Source: a virus. From it: a stretch of DNA of 64,000 bases. The stretch covers positions 1 to 64,000 of the IMG/VR virus record IMGVR_UViG_3300045998_000148, one strand, 5' to 3'. Position numbers and translations under genes: made by a program. Below the pieces are notes generated by a model, which saw nothing but the letters and a program-made list of their open reading frames with translations, was not told where the DNA came from and ran no database searches. Of this stretch, positions 19,438 to 29,976 are shown piece by piece. How positions within the stretch are numbered: position 1 is the stretch's first letter; every line of letters starts with the position of its first letter.

Positions 19438-19925
19438 TATTGCAGCAAATATTCTTCGAGCAAGTCGCGCATTGCTATCAGCGTGCGATCGGAAACGCCG
19501 AGCAACAATCGAACGGGTACGCCATCGCCCGTCTGGTGCTTGAGCGCCTTGGGGTCGGAAAAACCGACGCGCAACTCAGTCGGGCTGGCCGCGTAATTAG
19601 CCGAAGCCCTCATGTATCCCGTCCGCTGCAATATTTTGAGGATGGCTCCTTCCCGCCGCTTGCGCTCGATAGTCCAGGCCGAATTGGGACGCCAGGGGAC
19701 GCCAAACGGATCGGTTTCTTCCCGAAACTGATTGTCTATTTCGCCCAGCATGAACTCGCCAATCGCCTCTAACGGCTCCTGGCGATCGCCCAACCTGCGC
19801 TCTATTTCCTGCAACAGTTCGCTAACTTCGCGATTGTCGATATCTATTTGCAATACCACGACAAGATTTCCCTTTTTTTGAATCTTGCCGCAATAATACC
19901 GCAAAACAAGACAAGCTTCCCCCAA
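19434..19925 (-). CDS. Phage virion morphogenesis protein (Mu gpG-like)
   Basis: FREETDPFGVPWRPNS...ILQRTGYMRAS...KHQTG..VPVRLLLGVS; true start probably about 60 nt downstream. Confidence 0.85.
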   Translation of the reverse strand: MGEACLVLRYYCGKIQKKGNLVVVLQIDIDNREVSELLQEIERRLGDRQEPLEAIGEFMLGEIDNQFREETDPFGVPWRPNSAWTIERKRREGAILKILQRTGYMRASANYAASPTELRVGFSDPKALKHQTGDGVPVRLLLGVSDRTLIAMRDLLEEYLLQY

Positions 19926-20035
19926 AAAAACGCCAAGGCGTTCGGAGACAGAACGACTTGGCGAAAAACGCAGGAGAAATTCAAGAAAAAAGAAAGTGGC
20001 AGCCGTTTGCTAAACTGCCACGGGCTTACTCTTTG

Positions 20036-20383
20036 CTATTGAGACGAGGCAAAAGCACGCAGGCGAGCCAGCAACCGACTGACATCCTCGGCATCGACAT
20101 TGCCATCCACAAAATAATCCTCAAGAAACTGAAAGCCGACATCGGCCAATTCGTTATCGCGAGCCTGGGCGATCAGGGAATTGAATTGATCGAGAAGTAC
20201 GTCCGCTTTGCGGGCAATTGCGGGGGAAAAAGCATCTCCCATCGCGAGAAAAGCGGTCAGGACACCCGCCTTAACCGCGCCCACCGACGCACCCTGGCCG
20301 ACAGTAGCGGTAGCAGCAGCGACGACGCCAGCGGCGCTCTGAGCGGTATTGGCAATAGAATTGACGGCATTCATGACATTCAC
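20036..20383 (-). CDS. Hypothetical Ala-rich protein
   Basis: 115-aa ORF. Confidence 0.5.
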   Translation of the reverse strand: MNVMNAVNSIANTAQSAAGVVAAATATVGQGASVGAVKAGVLTAFLAMGDAFSPAIARKADVLLDQFNSLIAQARDNELADVGFQFLEDYFVDGNVDAEDVSRLLARLRAFASSQ

Positions 20384-20799
20384 GGCTTTTCTCGCTTTTT
20401 GAGAGTCTATTTATCAAGCCATAATAAAAACGAAAACGAGCTTTGATATCCGCGAAGGTACGCCTCTTGGGGAAAAAAGAAAAAGACTGTTACGCAATCG
20501 CCCTGAAAGAGGGGCGAGACAAGATCGAAAAATCGTGCTACTGTCTTCCTTGAATCACTCTGCGCTTTTCGCCGCTTTTCGCCATGCGGCGGGAAAAACG
20601 GAACATTGCAACTCCTTTTGTCTTTGCCCCCGATTTCCATTCTGGTCGGGGGTTTTTCGTGGTATTTTTGGGGCAAGGGTTGATCTCGGCGCAGCTATCC
20701 AAAATTTTTGGCTTTAGTTGCGTTGAGGCTTTCTACTTGTTCCTGCACCCCCGATTTCTATTCCGATCGGGGGTTTTCCCAATCGCAAAGGCAAATCAG

Positions 20800-21105
20800 G
20801 TGAAAATTTTCGCGATCTACACCACGCGGCGCACGACGCCCATTGTCGTCTCTGCCGAAGACCGCAACCACGCGATCGCGGTATCGCGCAAGCAATGGAA
20901 GCAAGGGTACGGCGCAATTTCCTCCGTACAGGAATTGAAGGACAAAGACGCGGCAGATGCGCGGGCGGGCAAGTGGGTACGCCGCAGGGAGTCGGGACTG
21001 TCCCCCGATCGCGGTACGGCTGCCGAGCGGCGGTCGGCGAGGCGGCAGCGATCGCGATACCGCCCGCAACTGGCGGAGAAATCGAAGCGGAGTCTCGAAA
21101 CTTGA
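20800..21105 (+). CDS. Hypothetical basic protein
   Basis: GTG start, 101 aa, Arg-rich; the ORF is open from 20584. Confidence 0.5.
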   Translation: MKIFAIYTTRRTTPIVVSAEDRNHAIAVSRKQWKQGYGAISSVQELKDKDAADARAGKWVRRRESGLSPDRGTAAERRSARRQRSRYRPQLAEKSKRSLET

Positions 21106-21117
21106 GCGAAGAACGAT

Positions 21118-21834
21118 TCAATCGTTCAAAATGCGCCGCATTTCGCGCTGTAGTTCGGGCGGCTGTCGCTCGATACCCTGTTCGACAAATTCGCCGCGCT
21201 GCCTCGCGTTAGAGATTCCGGCAGCGCGAGTGAAGGGCGGCTCTGCGATGGTGCGCCAGTCGGGGGGATCTTCCAATCGCAAGCCCATCCGTTCGATTTG
21301 ATTGCGGGTTAGCAATCGGGTAGCACAGCGGCAGAAATAGCCGCAGGGAGGCGCTGCCCGACGCCAGAATTCGGCATCGACTGGAAATACCTTGAGGTCG
21401 ATTGCCTTGTGATGGGGGCGAAAATCGGGCGAATCGCGATGGAGCCACTGCCTGCCGACAAACAATCGGCGGATATGGGGCTTATCCATCTGCGCGTACC
21501 TTCCCGCCGAATGCGACCGCCGCAGGTTGGTATCGAAAACCACGCGGAGGTGTCGATCGCGGAAGCGGTCGAGTACCTGTTGGCCGCCTTCGTCGGATTC
21601 GAGCAGGGTGACGAAGCTATCGTAGTCCGCACCGCCTTCGATGGCCGCATTGAGTACGCCGAACAGGTAATTAATAAAATCGGCGGAGGTCACGCCCGAT
21701 ACCGAGAACGCCCAGTCGTGGTATTCGCTGCCGACATTGCGGAGCGATTGGGCGGGCAGGGGAACGCGACGGCGCAAGAAATCGAGCTGTTCGGCAAAGG
21801 GTTGGCGGTAAAACTCTTCGGGATAGATCGGCAT
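21118..21834 (-). CDS. Phage Mu gpF-like minor head protein (MuF)
   Basis: WAFSVSGV, VFDTNLRRSHSAGRY, RPHH, FW...PPCGYFCRC. Confidence 0.9.
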   Translation of the reverse strand: MPIYPEEFYRQPFAEQLDFLRRRVPLPAQSLRNVGSEYHDWAFSVSGVTSADFINYLFGVLNAAIEGGADYDSFVTLLESDEGGQQVLDRFRDRHLRVVFDTNLRRSHSAGRYAQMDKPHIRRLFVGRQWLHRDSPDFRPHHKAIDLKVFPVDAEFWRRAAPPCGYFCRCATRLLTRNQIERMGLRLEDPPDWRTIAEPPFTRAAGISNARQRGEFVEQGIERQPPELQREMRRILND

Positions 21835-21846
21835 TTTGTCTCGACT

Positions 21847-22035
21847 TCAATGAGTGCCACTGCGCGGCTCGACGCGGGTGGGATATTTGTTTTGCCCCCT
21901 GAATTTATCGACGGGATGGGGAAAATACCTTCGATAGACCCACCAATCGAATGCGCCCAGGCAATAATGAAGGACGATCAGCAAGAGGAAGGCAAAGATC
22001 GCGAGGCGAACGAGTTGGCGATCGTTTGGATGCAA
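21847..22035 (-). CDS. Small membrane protein
   Basis: One transmembrane-like stretch LAIFAFLLLIVLHYCLGAF; lies in the operon between tape measure and MuF. Confidence 0.55.
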   Translation of the reverse strand: MHPNDRQLVRLAIFAFLLLIVLHYCLGAFDWWVYRRYFPHPVDKFRGQNKYPTRVEPRSGTH

Positions 22036-22056
22036 GACAAGAGCAAGTGGGAAACA

Positions 22057-25000
22057 TTAAAGTATCGCCGTCTTGGACAAATTGAGGGCCGTGTCTAATA
22101 TTTGAGAGAGGTTATCGGTAGGTCTGGCCGCTACGGAGCCGCGATCGCCTCGAATTGTCACCTTTGTATCTTTTTTTGCTACGGTCGCCTGTTTTAGGGC
22201 GTCCGTGAGGGCTTTCATGCTGGTATTGAGAGTATTGATATTGCGGTTGAGAGTTTCCTGTGGGCTGACCGTGGGGACGGTCGAGGGCACGCCAGCTCCG
22301 AATTGAGGCAATCCCGCAGGCCGCTTGACCTTTAATAAGTTTACCCCTTCTTGGATCGGGACGGGAGCGGTCGCTTCTGCCTGTAGTCGGGAACCAATGC
22401 CCGAGTAAAGAGGCCCATAGAGATTCCTGGCCTCGCGTTCTTTCTTGCGGACAACTCCTTCAAAGAGGCGCGGATTGTAGATGCGGCTCAAGTCCTCCAG
22501 CTCGGGTGCAATTTCGAGCAGGCCGCGATCGATGCGGCGAGGGGCGGCAGGACTTGGAGCTGGAGCGGGCGGAGCGGAAGGCGGCGGCTGTCCGGGTCGG
22601 AAAGAGACGATATCGTTAGCGCCCGTCCTGCCCGACAGGATATTAGCCTGGGTCTGGGCGACGAGCTGACGCCCTGCCGAGCGCAAGCCTCCCGTTCCGG
22701 CAAAGCCCAATTGAGCGGCAGCCCGATCGCCGAGCTGTTGAAAGAACTTGCGCTGCTGGTACTTGCTGGGCAGCGCTTCGCCAAATTGCACTTGAGCGCC
22801 CAGCCGCCCTGCCTGCTGGTTGATTAGAGTCTGCTGTCGTTTCTGGCCGAGGATTTGTGCCTGGGCGTCAAAACTCTGCTCGTCGAGGACGGCTCGCTGC
22901 CGGACGAGATCGATCTTTTGCGTCTGAGCGTCCACCTTCTGAGTGAGCGCCCCGATCAGGGCGGCATTGGCCGCTTTCTGCGGGTCGGCAAGGGCGGTAG
23001 CGAGTTCCGATTGCGCGTCGATCAGCCCCGACCGAGCCTCTATTTCCGCTACCTGATTGGCGATTTTCTGTTTCTCGCGGGCGATCTCAAGGGATTTTTC
23101 CTCTAATTTCAAATTTTCAAGCTGAGCCGCGTATTCCGTCTCCAGGGCATCGAGCTTGATCGCAGCAATCGTGGCGGCCAATTCCTTGCGCTCTCGTTCG
23201 GTGCGAGCGCCCTTGTCGAGGACGCCAAACTGCGCTTCGAGGAGCGATACCTGAGCCTTAAACGTCTCCAGAATGGCATTGGCGACGTCTTGCGTATTTT
23301 TAACCTTGGCCGTCTGCACGTCGTAGAGCGCCAGAATTTTTTCGAGTTCCGCCCTCGTCGCCTCGATATTGGTCTGGGCGATTTGCCGATCGCGGGCGAT
23401 AACGGCTTGGGCGGCCTGTATTTTATGGGTCGTCTCCAATTCCGCTTTTTTCAGCTCGTTTACCTGGATCTGCCGTTCCAGGGCGCGAACTTCAGCATCG
23501 TTTTGGGGGGCGATCGCGTTAGCTTGCAGGTAGCGAATGCGCTCGGCGAGCAATGCCCGAGTCTTTTCGAGTTCGACGTCGATCTGCGCCGTCGCGACCT
23601 TCCCTTTCTCTTTGATGGCGGTAATTTCATCTACCTTGCCGCGCACTACCGCCAGACTGAGCGCCTGTTCCTGCAATTTAATGTCTTCTAACTGGTCGCC
23701 GTACTTCTTCGAGATCGCCTCGTTAATGGCCTCCAGCGCCTTCTGTCGCTGTTCGGGTTCGACGTTGAGGGCAACCGATACCTCGCGCATTTTCTCGATA
23801 AATTCATCGCCACTAGCGATGCCCACGGCAAAGGCTTTTTGATAGTCCTGAATCAGGCGGTCGATTGTCGCCTTAAAGCCGCCCGACTGGGACTCCTCTC
23901 CCTTGGCAAAAGTCTCGTCGATGCTTTTTAGCTGCGTGCGGAGCTTGTCGCCCGCCTTGCCAATTTCGGCGGCCAGTTGGTTGCGCTGGATCGTACCCGT
24001 CGCCTGTTCTTTTAACTTGTCGTTCTCTTCGGAGAGGGCGTTGTTTTCCTCTTGAAGGGCTTCTCTCTGGGTATCGGTCAGGCCGAACAGGGAAGAAAGC
24101 CCGCGCTTGCTGCCCGCTACCTTCTTCTGCGCCTCTACATACTTGGTAAACTCATCGGTTGCCGCAATCCGCAAATTTATTTCGCGGCGCAATTCGCTTA
24201 CCTTCTGCCCCTGTTCCCTCGATTCTACGAGCCGTCCGTCCCGGTAGAGAGTATTGTACTTTTCCTGTTCGGCGGAAAGCTGCACGAGCAGCCGCGCCGT
24301 CTTGTCGCCATAAGCCCCCGTTTTAGGCGCGGAGACGGCCAAGATCGATGCGTTGCGCGTTTTTTCAAGGGCTTCTATTTCGGCAGCGAGGCTGTCGTAT
24401 TCCTTGGAATTGGGGGCGGCATCCACCAATTTCTTTCGCAGTTCGCCGAGCTGGTCGGTAACGCCGATCGCCTGCTGCACCTTGGGCGTCAGGTCGGCGA
24501 TGTCGCCGCCGCTTTTTTCAAAAGCCTGCCGTTCCTTCCGCAGTGCGTTAGCTGCGGCCAGGGTATCGATGGAGCTGGTAAATGCCTTTTCAGACTTATT
24601 GCCGCCGAGCAGTTCCTTGTTCTGAGCGATCAGGATTTCGTTAAATTCGATCTGTGCCTGTGCCTGGGATAGTTTCTGGCGGTTGCGCTTTAGCTCCTCC
24701 TCGGAAAGGGCAATCCCACTTTCGAGTTGTTTGGACTGCGCCTCATTTAACTTCTCGACCTCCTCGCGCAATTTTTGAGTCCGTATTTGCTGGATGTCGA
24801 GCTGGTAGCTGATATCCTCGAAGACCTGAGTATTGACCGATTCGCGTACTCGGCTGTAGATTGCCGCCGCCGCCGCGATCGCCCCCATTATCAGCAGGAG
24901 CGGGCCGAATGCCGCCCATAGTTGGGAGACGGCCAATTTCAAGCTGCCCAGGACGGGGAGCAAGCCGGAGAATGCCCCGGCGAGCTGGGTCTGCTTGAGG

Positions 25001-28000
25001 GCGGCAAAGCGGAGTTGCAGTGCGCCCGACTGGATGCCCAATGCCTTAAAGCTGTTGTCCAACAGCAGGGTACTGACAGCGGCTACCTTCTGCGTCAATC
25101 CGAGGCTGGCAATGCCGATGCTCAATCGATTAAAGGCAAGTGCCGTCTGACCGCAAATAATACCGACGAGCTTCACCGCTTCGCCGTAGAAAGCGGCGAT
25201 CGCCCCAGATATTGACATCTTCTGCGCCGAGGCCGCCGTCGCATCGCCGAGAGCTGCCGAACTCGCCACCGCCGCCGCCTGTTTCTGACGGAACAGGTTG
25301 AGCGTACCGATGTATTTCTGCATATCTTCGGCCAAGAGGCTGAACGCCGCCCGCACGTTTGCGAGACTCGCGCCACTCAAGCCGAAGATACCGATCAGCA
25401 AGCGAAGCGCCGCTGCTACCCGACTCGTCACGCCCGTCAGCCCCGTCAGTATGGCCGTGCTGACAAAAGCGCTGCGGTTAAAGGCGATGAGGCCGACCGA
25501 CAGTATGGCGAGTGCGCTATTGACCGCGCCAAAACTCTTCAGCGCGTCGATAAGGACGTCCACTGCCGACTTGACGATAGAGAGGAGGTTGCCCAACACC
25601 GCGCCAATCGAGTTAAATGTCTCGACAAGGGACTCGTTGCCCAGGATGACCTCGTTAATGATGCGGGCGGCGAGGTAGAGAGCAGATCCCCAGAAGGCAA
25701 TGCTGATGGCCTGAGAAGCGAGTGTTTCCCCGACCTGGCGCAATATCTTGTTAAACGTCTCTGTCAGCAGCCCTACTGTCGTCATTTGCGCCTTGCTTGC
25801 CCCGAGCTGACTCGCCATATTGGAGGCAGAAGCAGCGATCGCGTTCATCCCCGCTCCCAGGATGGGGACTTGGGCGATAAACTTGTTGCTCGCAATCGCG
25901 TTAAAGGCAGCGCCAATCGCGCCTAAATTGCGGGCGGGACTGGCCTGCAAGATCGACTCGAAGCCCGCCCGCAGCGGCGGGAACAGGTTGATAAGAGCTA
26001 TCCCCTGCACGGAAAGGGAGGCGACGGTAGGAATCAGCCCAGTCAACATGGCGGAGAATGGGCCTGCTATGGGCAGGAGAGACTTCTGCACGGCGGCAGC
26101 CAGTCCGGGTATTGCCTGCAAGTTCTGACCGAGCGTGAGGAAGCCAGCGCCGCCTCGCTGGAGCTGGGGGAATAAGGTCGCAAACGTCGCGAACATCCGG
26201 TTTGCCCCCAATTCCGTAGCGAACAGCAGTTCGCCGACGATGGGCAGCGATATGGCAATGGATCTAAAGGAAGTGGCGAGCAATTGAATTCCCTTTTGCA
26301 AGACAATCGCCTTGACCGCCACCCCCAAAAAGCCGCCGCCGACAGCGCGAACGAAGCCGACGAGCCGACCCATGAAATCGACAAAGGGCTGCAAGATCTC
26401 GACGGTAGCGTTAATGCCATCGGCGATCGCGCTTAGGAAATTGCCGAAGCTCTTGGCGAGGTAAGCCGGGATGCTGCTCGAAACGGGCAGGAGAGAGGCA
26501 AACGCATTTTTGATGGCATCGAACAAGTCGAGGACGCCCGAAAAAATAGCCGTGGAAACCTCGGTGAGGCCGCCGACAATTTGTTTTTTGACGAGCCGAA
26601 CCAAATTGCCCGTCTTGCCGATCGAGAACTCGGTCAATCCGTCGAAGACCTCGCCCAACCGAGCGACAATCGGCTCGATCAGGCCGCGCCCAGCGGCGAG
26701 CGCTGCCGTCTCAATCGTCTCGACAATATTGCTGTACTGGCCGCCGATGCTCTGCGCTGCCAATTTGTTCGCCTCTTTAAATCCGGCGAGGCGCTTGGTC
26801 AGTTCGGCAACCCCCGTATTCTGCGCCTTCCACTTGGCGATCATTTCGTTGGAAATGTTAAGAGTTTTGGCGAGTACGCTATTCTGGTCGATCGTACCCG
26901 TCAAGATACTGCCTATTTCCTGCCGCGCTTGGAAAAGCGGCAACCCGATCGCGCCCAGCGCTGCCGTAAAATCAACGGTCAGTGCCGCCGACTCGCGCAA
27001 GCCGCCGCCAATCGAGGAAATGCTGTTGTTGACGACCTGGAAGACCTCGACCAATTGGGAGGAGGTGACGCCGACTAACTCCAGCGACTCTTCCCGGATC
27101 TGTTGCAGCGCACTTCGCACGGGGCTAGCCAGAGCGGAGACGGCATTAATGCTTGTCAGGGCAATAGCATCGCCCTGACTGTTGGCACTGGTAACGAGCG
27201 AATTAAAAGTGCGCGTCGTCGAGGCGATCGCCGACTGGGTGGCGAGGAGCTGTTGGTTGAGTTCTTCGTTTTGACCGATCAGCAATCGAATCGGCCCTGT
27301 ACTGACAATCTGCTGGATGGTGGCAAATCCGCTGCTGATAAAGAAGATCTGCTGTCCCACGTTAGCCAGCACGTTAGAAGCCGCGCCGAGGCCGCCCATG
27401 ATGCCTTGAAATACGTCGAGCGGTTCGGACAGCCCCGCCATATATCCGGCTGTTTGGGAAATAAAGCTCAAGGGGGCAATAAACTTGCCTGGTAAACTCT
27501 CGATCGTGCCGAGGGTGTCGATGATTGCCGACTCAATGCGATCTAAAAGGGGCGTCATCTGTTGGAACAGCCGATCGCCAAAACCCTGCACGAATGAATC
27601 CCGCGCCCTCTCGCCCAACTCGTTCATCGACGAACTGAGCAATCCGCCGAGCCGATCGTCGATTGCCGTAAACTGTCCTTCCAGAAGGGTACTCGCCCGT
27701 CCCATCGCCTGAATTATTCGATCGCCGATATCGTCTGGGATCAAATCCTTTATTCTCTGCAAGAAGGCATTGTTCGCCCCAAACTTCTCTACCACTTGAC
27801 GGACGGCATTGCCGACCTGATTGAAAGCACTTGCGAACTTCTGCGAAAACCCCCTGACGTCGAGGCCAAAAATGCCTTCAAACGTCTTGGCTAACGCCTC
27901 CAGGGGTTGCGTGCCACTCAAAAACTCATCCCTTGCCGCCTGCAACTTCGCGATCTCGGCGCGAACCTGACCCAGCAAGGCAATGTCTTCATCCACCACG

Positions 28001-29964
28001 CCCGTCGCGCCGCCTCGAACGACCGGAACCGTATTAATATTGCGGGCAATATCTTGTTGTAATTGCCGCTCCCTTTTTTTTAAAAAGTCGATGGCCTCTA
28101 CATTGATGTTTAGCCGCTCTTGCAGCCTTTCCTTTTCGGCTCTGATGCTTTCGCCGTCACCCTTGCCGCCCTCGGGCAACTTTTCAAGTTGGGCGAGCCG
28201 ATCCTTTATCCGCCCTTCATTGGTCAGAAAAGCCTCGGGAATTAAAATATCGTTGACGCCCGCGACGACTTTCTTAAACCCCCCAGTCCAAGACTCTTTC
28301 AGTTGGTCGAAGGGGAGGAACTGCCTGAAGTTGTTATAAATCAACTGTCCGACAGCAGGCAGTCGAGAAACAAACTGCCCCTCTAATGCGTCAATAGCGC
28401 GAGAGGGCACGCTCTCAAACTGGGTTTCGAGGGATGCCGACAGGTCGATTAATTGATTGGCAATCTGGTTTTTTATGAAATTGACGGGAAGCAAGTCTGC
28501 ACTCGCGAACTGAGAGCGCAAGCCGGACTGCAATCCGGTTGCAATACTGCCTCCCACCTGTTCGCGCAACAATACATCTATGTTTTCCCGGCCTTCACGC
28601 GGCTTATAGCGTTCGATGCGCTGCAATGCCCTGCGCGGGTCGAGGACGGCGGCAAGGCGATCGCCCATCAGGTTGCGGGGAAGCAGGGCAATGGCAAGCT
28701 GATTGGCGAGGTCGGGCTGTCCGACAAAATTAATAAGCCCGCCCGCAAATAACTTCCCTGCCTGATAGCCTTTTTCCGTGACGGCAGCACTGGCTTTATT
28801 GAACAGGCTTTCATAACCTGCCTGCAAGAGGGAAATGCTCGCACTAGAGGCCAACTGCGATGCCGTTTTCGAGAGCGCAGCTCTAATGGGTTCATTGATA
28901 TTGGCGATCTGGCCGCCGAGTCCTTCCCCCTTTCGCGCTTCGGCAATTAAAGTTTTTAAAGCTCCCGATTCTACCAGTGCAATCCGACTGGCATCTGTCA
29001 GTTGACTGGCAATCACCTTTTCCAAGGCCGTTCCCGACAACTCGCGATCGAGGACGGAAAGCAATTCGCTCGATGTCTTTTTAGCAAAATTGGCCAACTT
29101 TTCCGATCCAAATGCCTTTGTCGCCGCAGAGACTAATTTTTCGCCTTGCCTGTCTATAAAAGCAGTGGGATCGGGAAAGATATTGGCGATAATCGCTTTT
29201 TGACGGGCTACAAAATTAGACGCCCCAGACACATCGAGCGCCTGCTGGTATTTCAGCCGCGCATCGGCGAGCAACTTCTGACGCTGTTCAATTTGGCCTT
29301 GAAGTCGTCGGTTTTCCTCTTCTAAAGGAGATTTGCCCTCCTGCGGGCGATCGCGATTGCGTTTCTGCGCGATTTCAAAATCAATTTGCGTCCTATTCCT
29401 GCTGCCTCCCCCTGCGATTAAATCGTCGAGAGTGCCGCGCCTTGCCACTTGCCGATTGAGGGCAATGCGAGCCTGCAAATTTGCGATAGAAGATTCAATT
29501 TTCTGTACCGCCCTCTGAGCCTTAAAAACTTCCGGCTCGACGGGAGCTAGATTGCGCTTTATCTCGCCACTAAAGCCCTTAAAAATTTCGCGGCTGATGC
29601 CAAACGTCTCGCGCAAGCCAGCACTCAGCTTGCCCGTATCGCGCAGGAATTTGGTTTGTGCCAACTCGTTGAGGGTGGCGAGGACGGTCGTTCCTCCTAC
29701 GTCTGTCTGCAAGACGGAAACCATTTCTCGGAGGGCGGAGGTGGTCGTCCTAACCCCGAGTAGCGTCGTACTCGCCCCAATCGACGTAATGTTGCGCGAC
29801 AGGGAGATCGCCTCGCTCGATACCGACGCAACCGCCTTCGTCAGGGCTTCAACACCCTTGGTAACGAGGCGAACGCCAGGAGTAGCGCCATCTTTTGTCT
29901 CCAGTCGAATCTCGATTGGATTGTTGCGAAAACTGCCTGCCCTTGCCCGCCCGCCCGTTGCCAT
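22057..29964 (-). CDS. Tail tape measure protein
   Basis: 2635 aa, helical and Ala/Leu/Gly-rich, central hydrophobic block, C-terminal coiled coil, N-terminal IEIRLETKD. Confidence 0.85.
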   Translation of the reverse strand: MATGGRARAGSFRNNPIEIRLETKDGATPGVRLVTKGVEALTKAVASVSSEAISLSRNITSIGASTTLLGVRTTTSALREMVSVLQTDVGGTTVLATLNELAQTKFLRDTGKLSAGLRETFGISREIFKGFSGEIKRNLAPVEPEVFKAQRAVQKIESSIANLQARIALNRQVARRGTLDDLIAGGGSRNRTQIDFEIAQKRNRDRPQEGKSPLEEENRRLQGQIEQRQKLLADARLKYQQALDVSGASNFVARQKAIIANIFPDPTAFIDRQGEKLVSAATKAFGSEKLANFAKKTSSELLSVLDRELSGTALEKVIASQLTDASRIALVESGALKTLIAEARKGEGLGGQIANINEPIRAALSKTASQLASSASISLLQAGYESLFNKASAAVTEKGYQAGKLFAGGLINFVGQPDLANQLAIALLPRNLMGDRLAAVLDPRRALQRIERYKPREGRENIDVLLREQVGGSIATGLQSGLRSQFASADLLPVNFIKNQIANQLIDLSASLETQFESVPSRAIDALEGQFVSRLPAVGQLIYNNFRQFLPFDQLKESWTGGFKKVVAGVNDILIPEAFLTNEGRIKDRLAQLEKLPEGGKGDGESIRAEKERLQERLNINVEAIDFLKKRERQLQQDIARNINTVPVVRGGATGVVDEDIALLGQVRAEIAKLQAARDEFLSGTQPLEALAKTFEGIFGLDVRGFSQKFASAFNQVGNAVRQVVEKFGANNAFLQRIKDLIPDDIGDRIIQAMGRASTLLEGQFTAIDDRLGGLLSSSMNELGERARDSFVQGFGDRLFQQMTPLLDRIESAIIDTLGTIESLPGKFIAPLSFISQTAGYMAGLSEPLDVFQGIMGGLGAASNVLANVGQQIFFISSGFATIQQIVSTGPIRLLIGQNEELNQQLLATQSAIASTTRTFNSLVTSANSQGDAIALTSINAVSALASPVRSALQQIREESLELVGVTSSQLVEVFQVVNNSISSIGGGLRESAALTVDFTAALGAIGLPLFQARQEIGSILTGTIDQNSVLAKTLNISNEMIAKWKAQNTGVAELTKRLAGFKEANKLAAQSIGGQYSNIVETIETAALAAGRGLIEPIVARLGEVFDGLTEFSIGKTGNLVRLVKKQIVGGLTEVSTAIFSGVLDLFDAIKNAFASLLPVSSSIPAYLAKSFGNFLSAIADGINATVEILQPFVDFMGRLVGFVRAVGGGFLGVAVKAIVLQKGIQLLATSFRSIAISLPIVGELLFATELGANRMFATFATLFPQLQRGGAGFLTLGQNLQAIPGLAAAVQKSLLPIAGPFSAMLTGLIPTVASLSVQGIALINLFPPLRAGFESILQASPARNLGAIGAAFNAIASNKFIAQVPILGAGMNAIAASASNMASQLGASKAQMTTVGLLTETFNKILRQVGETLASQAISIAFWGSALYLAARIINEVILGNESLVETFNSIGAVLGNLLSIVKSAVDVLIDALKSFGAVNSALAILSVGLIAFNRSAFVSTAILTGLTGVTSRVAAALRLLIGIFGLSGASLANVRAAFSLLAEDMQKYIGTLNLFRQKQAAAVASSAALGDATAASAQKMSISGAIAAFYGEAVKLVGIICGQTALAFNRLSIGIASLGLTQKVAAVSTLLLDNSFKALGIQSGALQLRFAALKQTQLAGAFSGLLPVLGSLKLAVSQLWAAFGPLLLIMGAIAAAAAIYSRVRESVNTQVFEDISYQLDIQQIRTQKLREEVEKLNEAQSKQLESGIALSEEELKRNRQKLSQAQAQIEFNEILIAQNKELLGGNKSEKAFTSSIDTLAAANALRKERQAFEKSGGDIADLTPKVQQAIGVTDQLGELRKKLVDAAPNSKEYDSLAAEIEALEKTRNASILAVSAPKTGAYGDKTARLLVQLSAEQEKYNTLYRDGRLVESREQGQKVSELRREINLRIAATDEFTKYVEAQKKVAGSKRGLSSLFGLTDTQREALQEENNALSEENDKLKEQATGTIQRNQLAAEIGKAGDKLRTQLKSIDETFAKGEESQSGGFKATIDRLIQDYQKAFAVGIASGDEFIEKMREVSVALNVEPEQRQKALEAINEAISKKYGDQLEDIKLQEQALSLAVVRGKVDEITAIKEKGKVATAQIDVELEKTRALLAERIRYLQANAIAPQNDAEVRALERQIQVNELKKAELETTHKIQAAQAVIARDRQIAQTNIEATRAELEKILALYDVQTAKVKNTQDVANAILETFKAQVSLLEAQFGVLDKGARTERERKELAATIAAIKLDALETEYAAQLENLKLEEKSLEIAREKQKIANQVAEIEARSGLIDAQSELATALADPQKAANAALIGALTQKVDAQTQKIDLVRQRAVLDEQSFDAQAQILGQKRQQTLINQQAGRLGAQVQFGEALPSKYQQRKFFQQLGDRAAAQLGFAGTGGLRSAGRQLVAQTQANILSGRTGANDIVSFRPGQPPPSAPPAPAPSPAAPRRIDRGLLEIAPELEDLSRIYNPRLFEGVVRKKEREARNLYGPLYSGIGSRLQAEATAPVPIQEGVNLLKVKRPAGLPQFGAGVPSTVPTVSPQETLNRNINTLNTSMKALTDALKQATVAKKDTKVTIRGDRGSVAARPTDNLSQILDTALNLSKTAIL

Positions 29965-29976
29965 TGAGGAAGCCGC

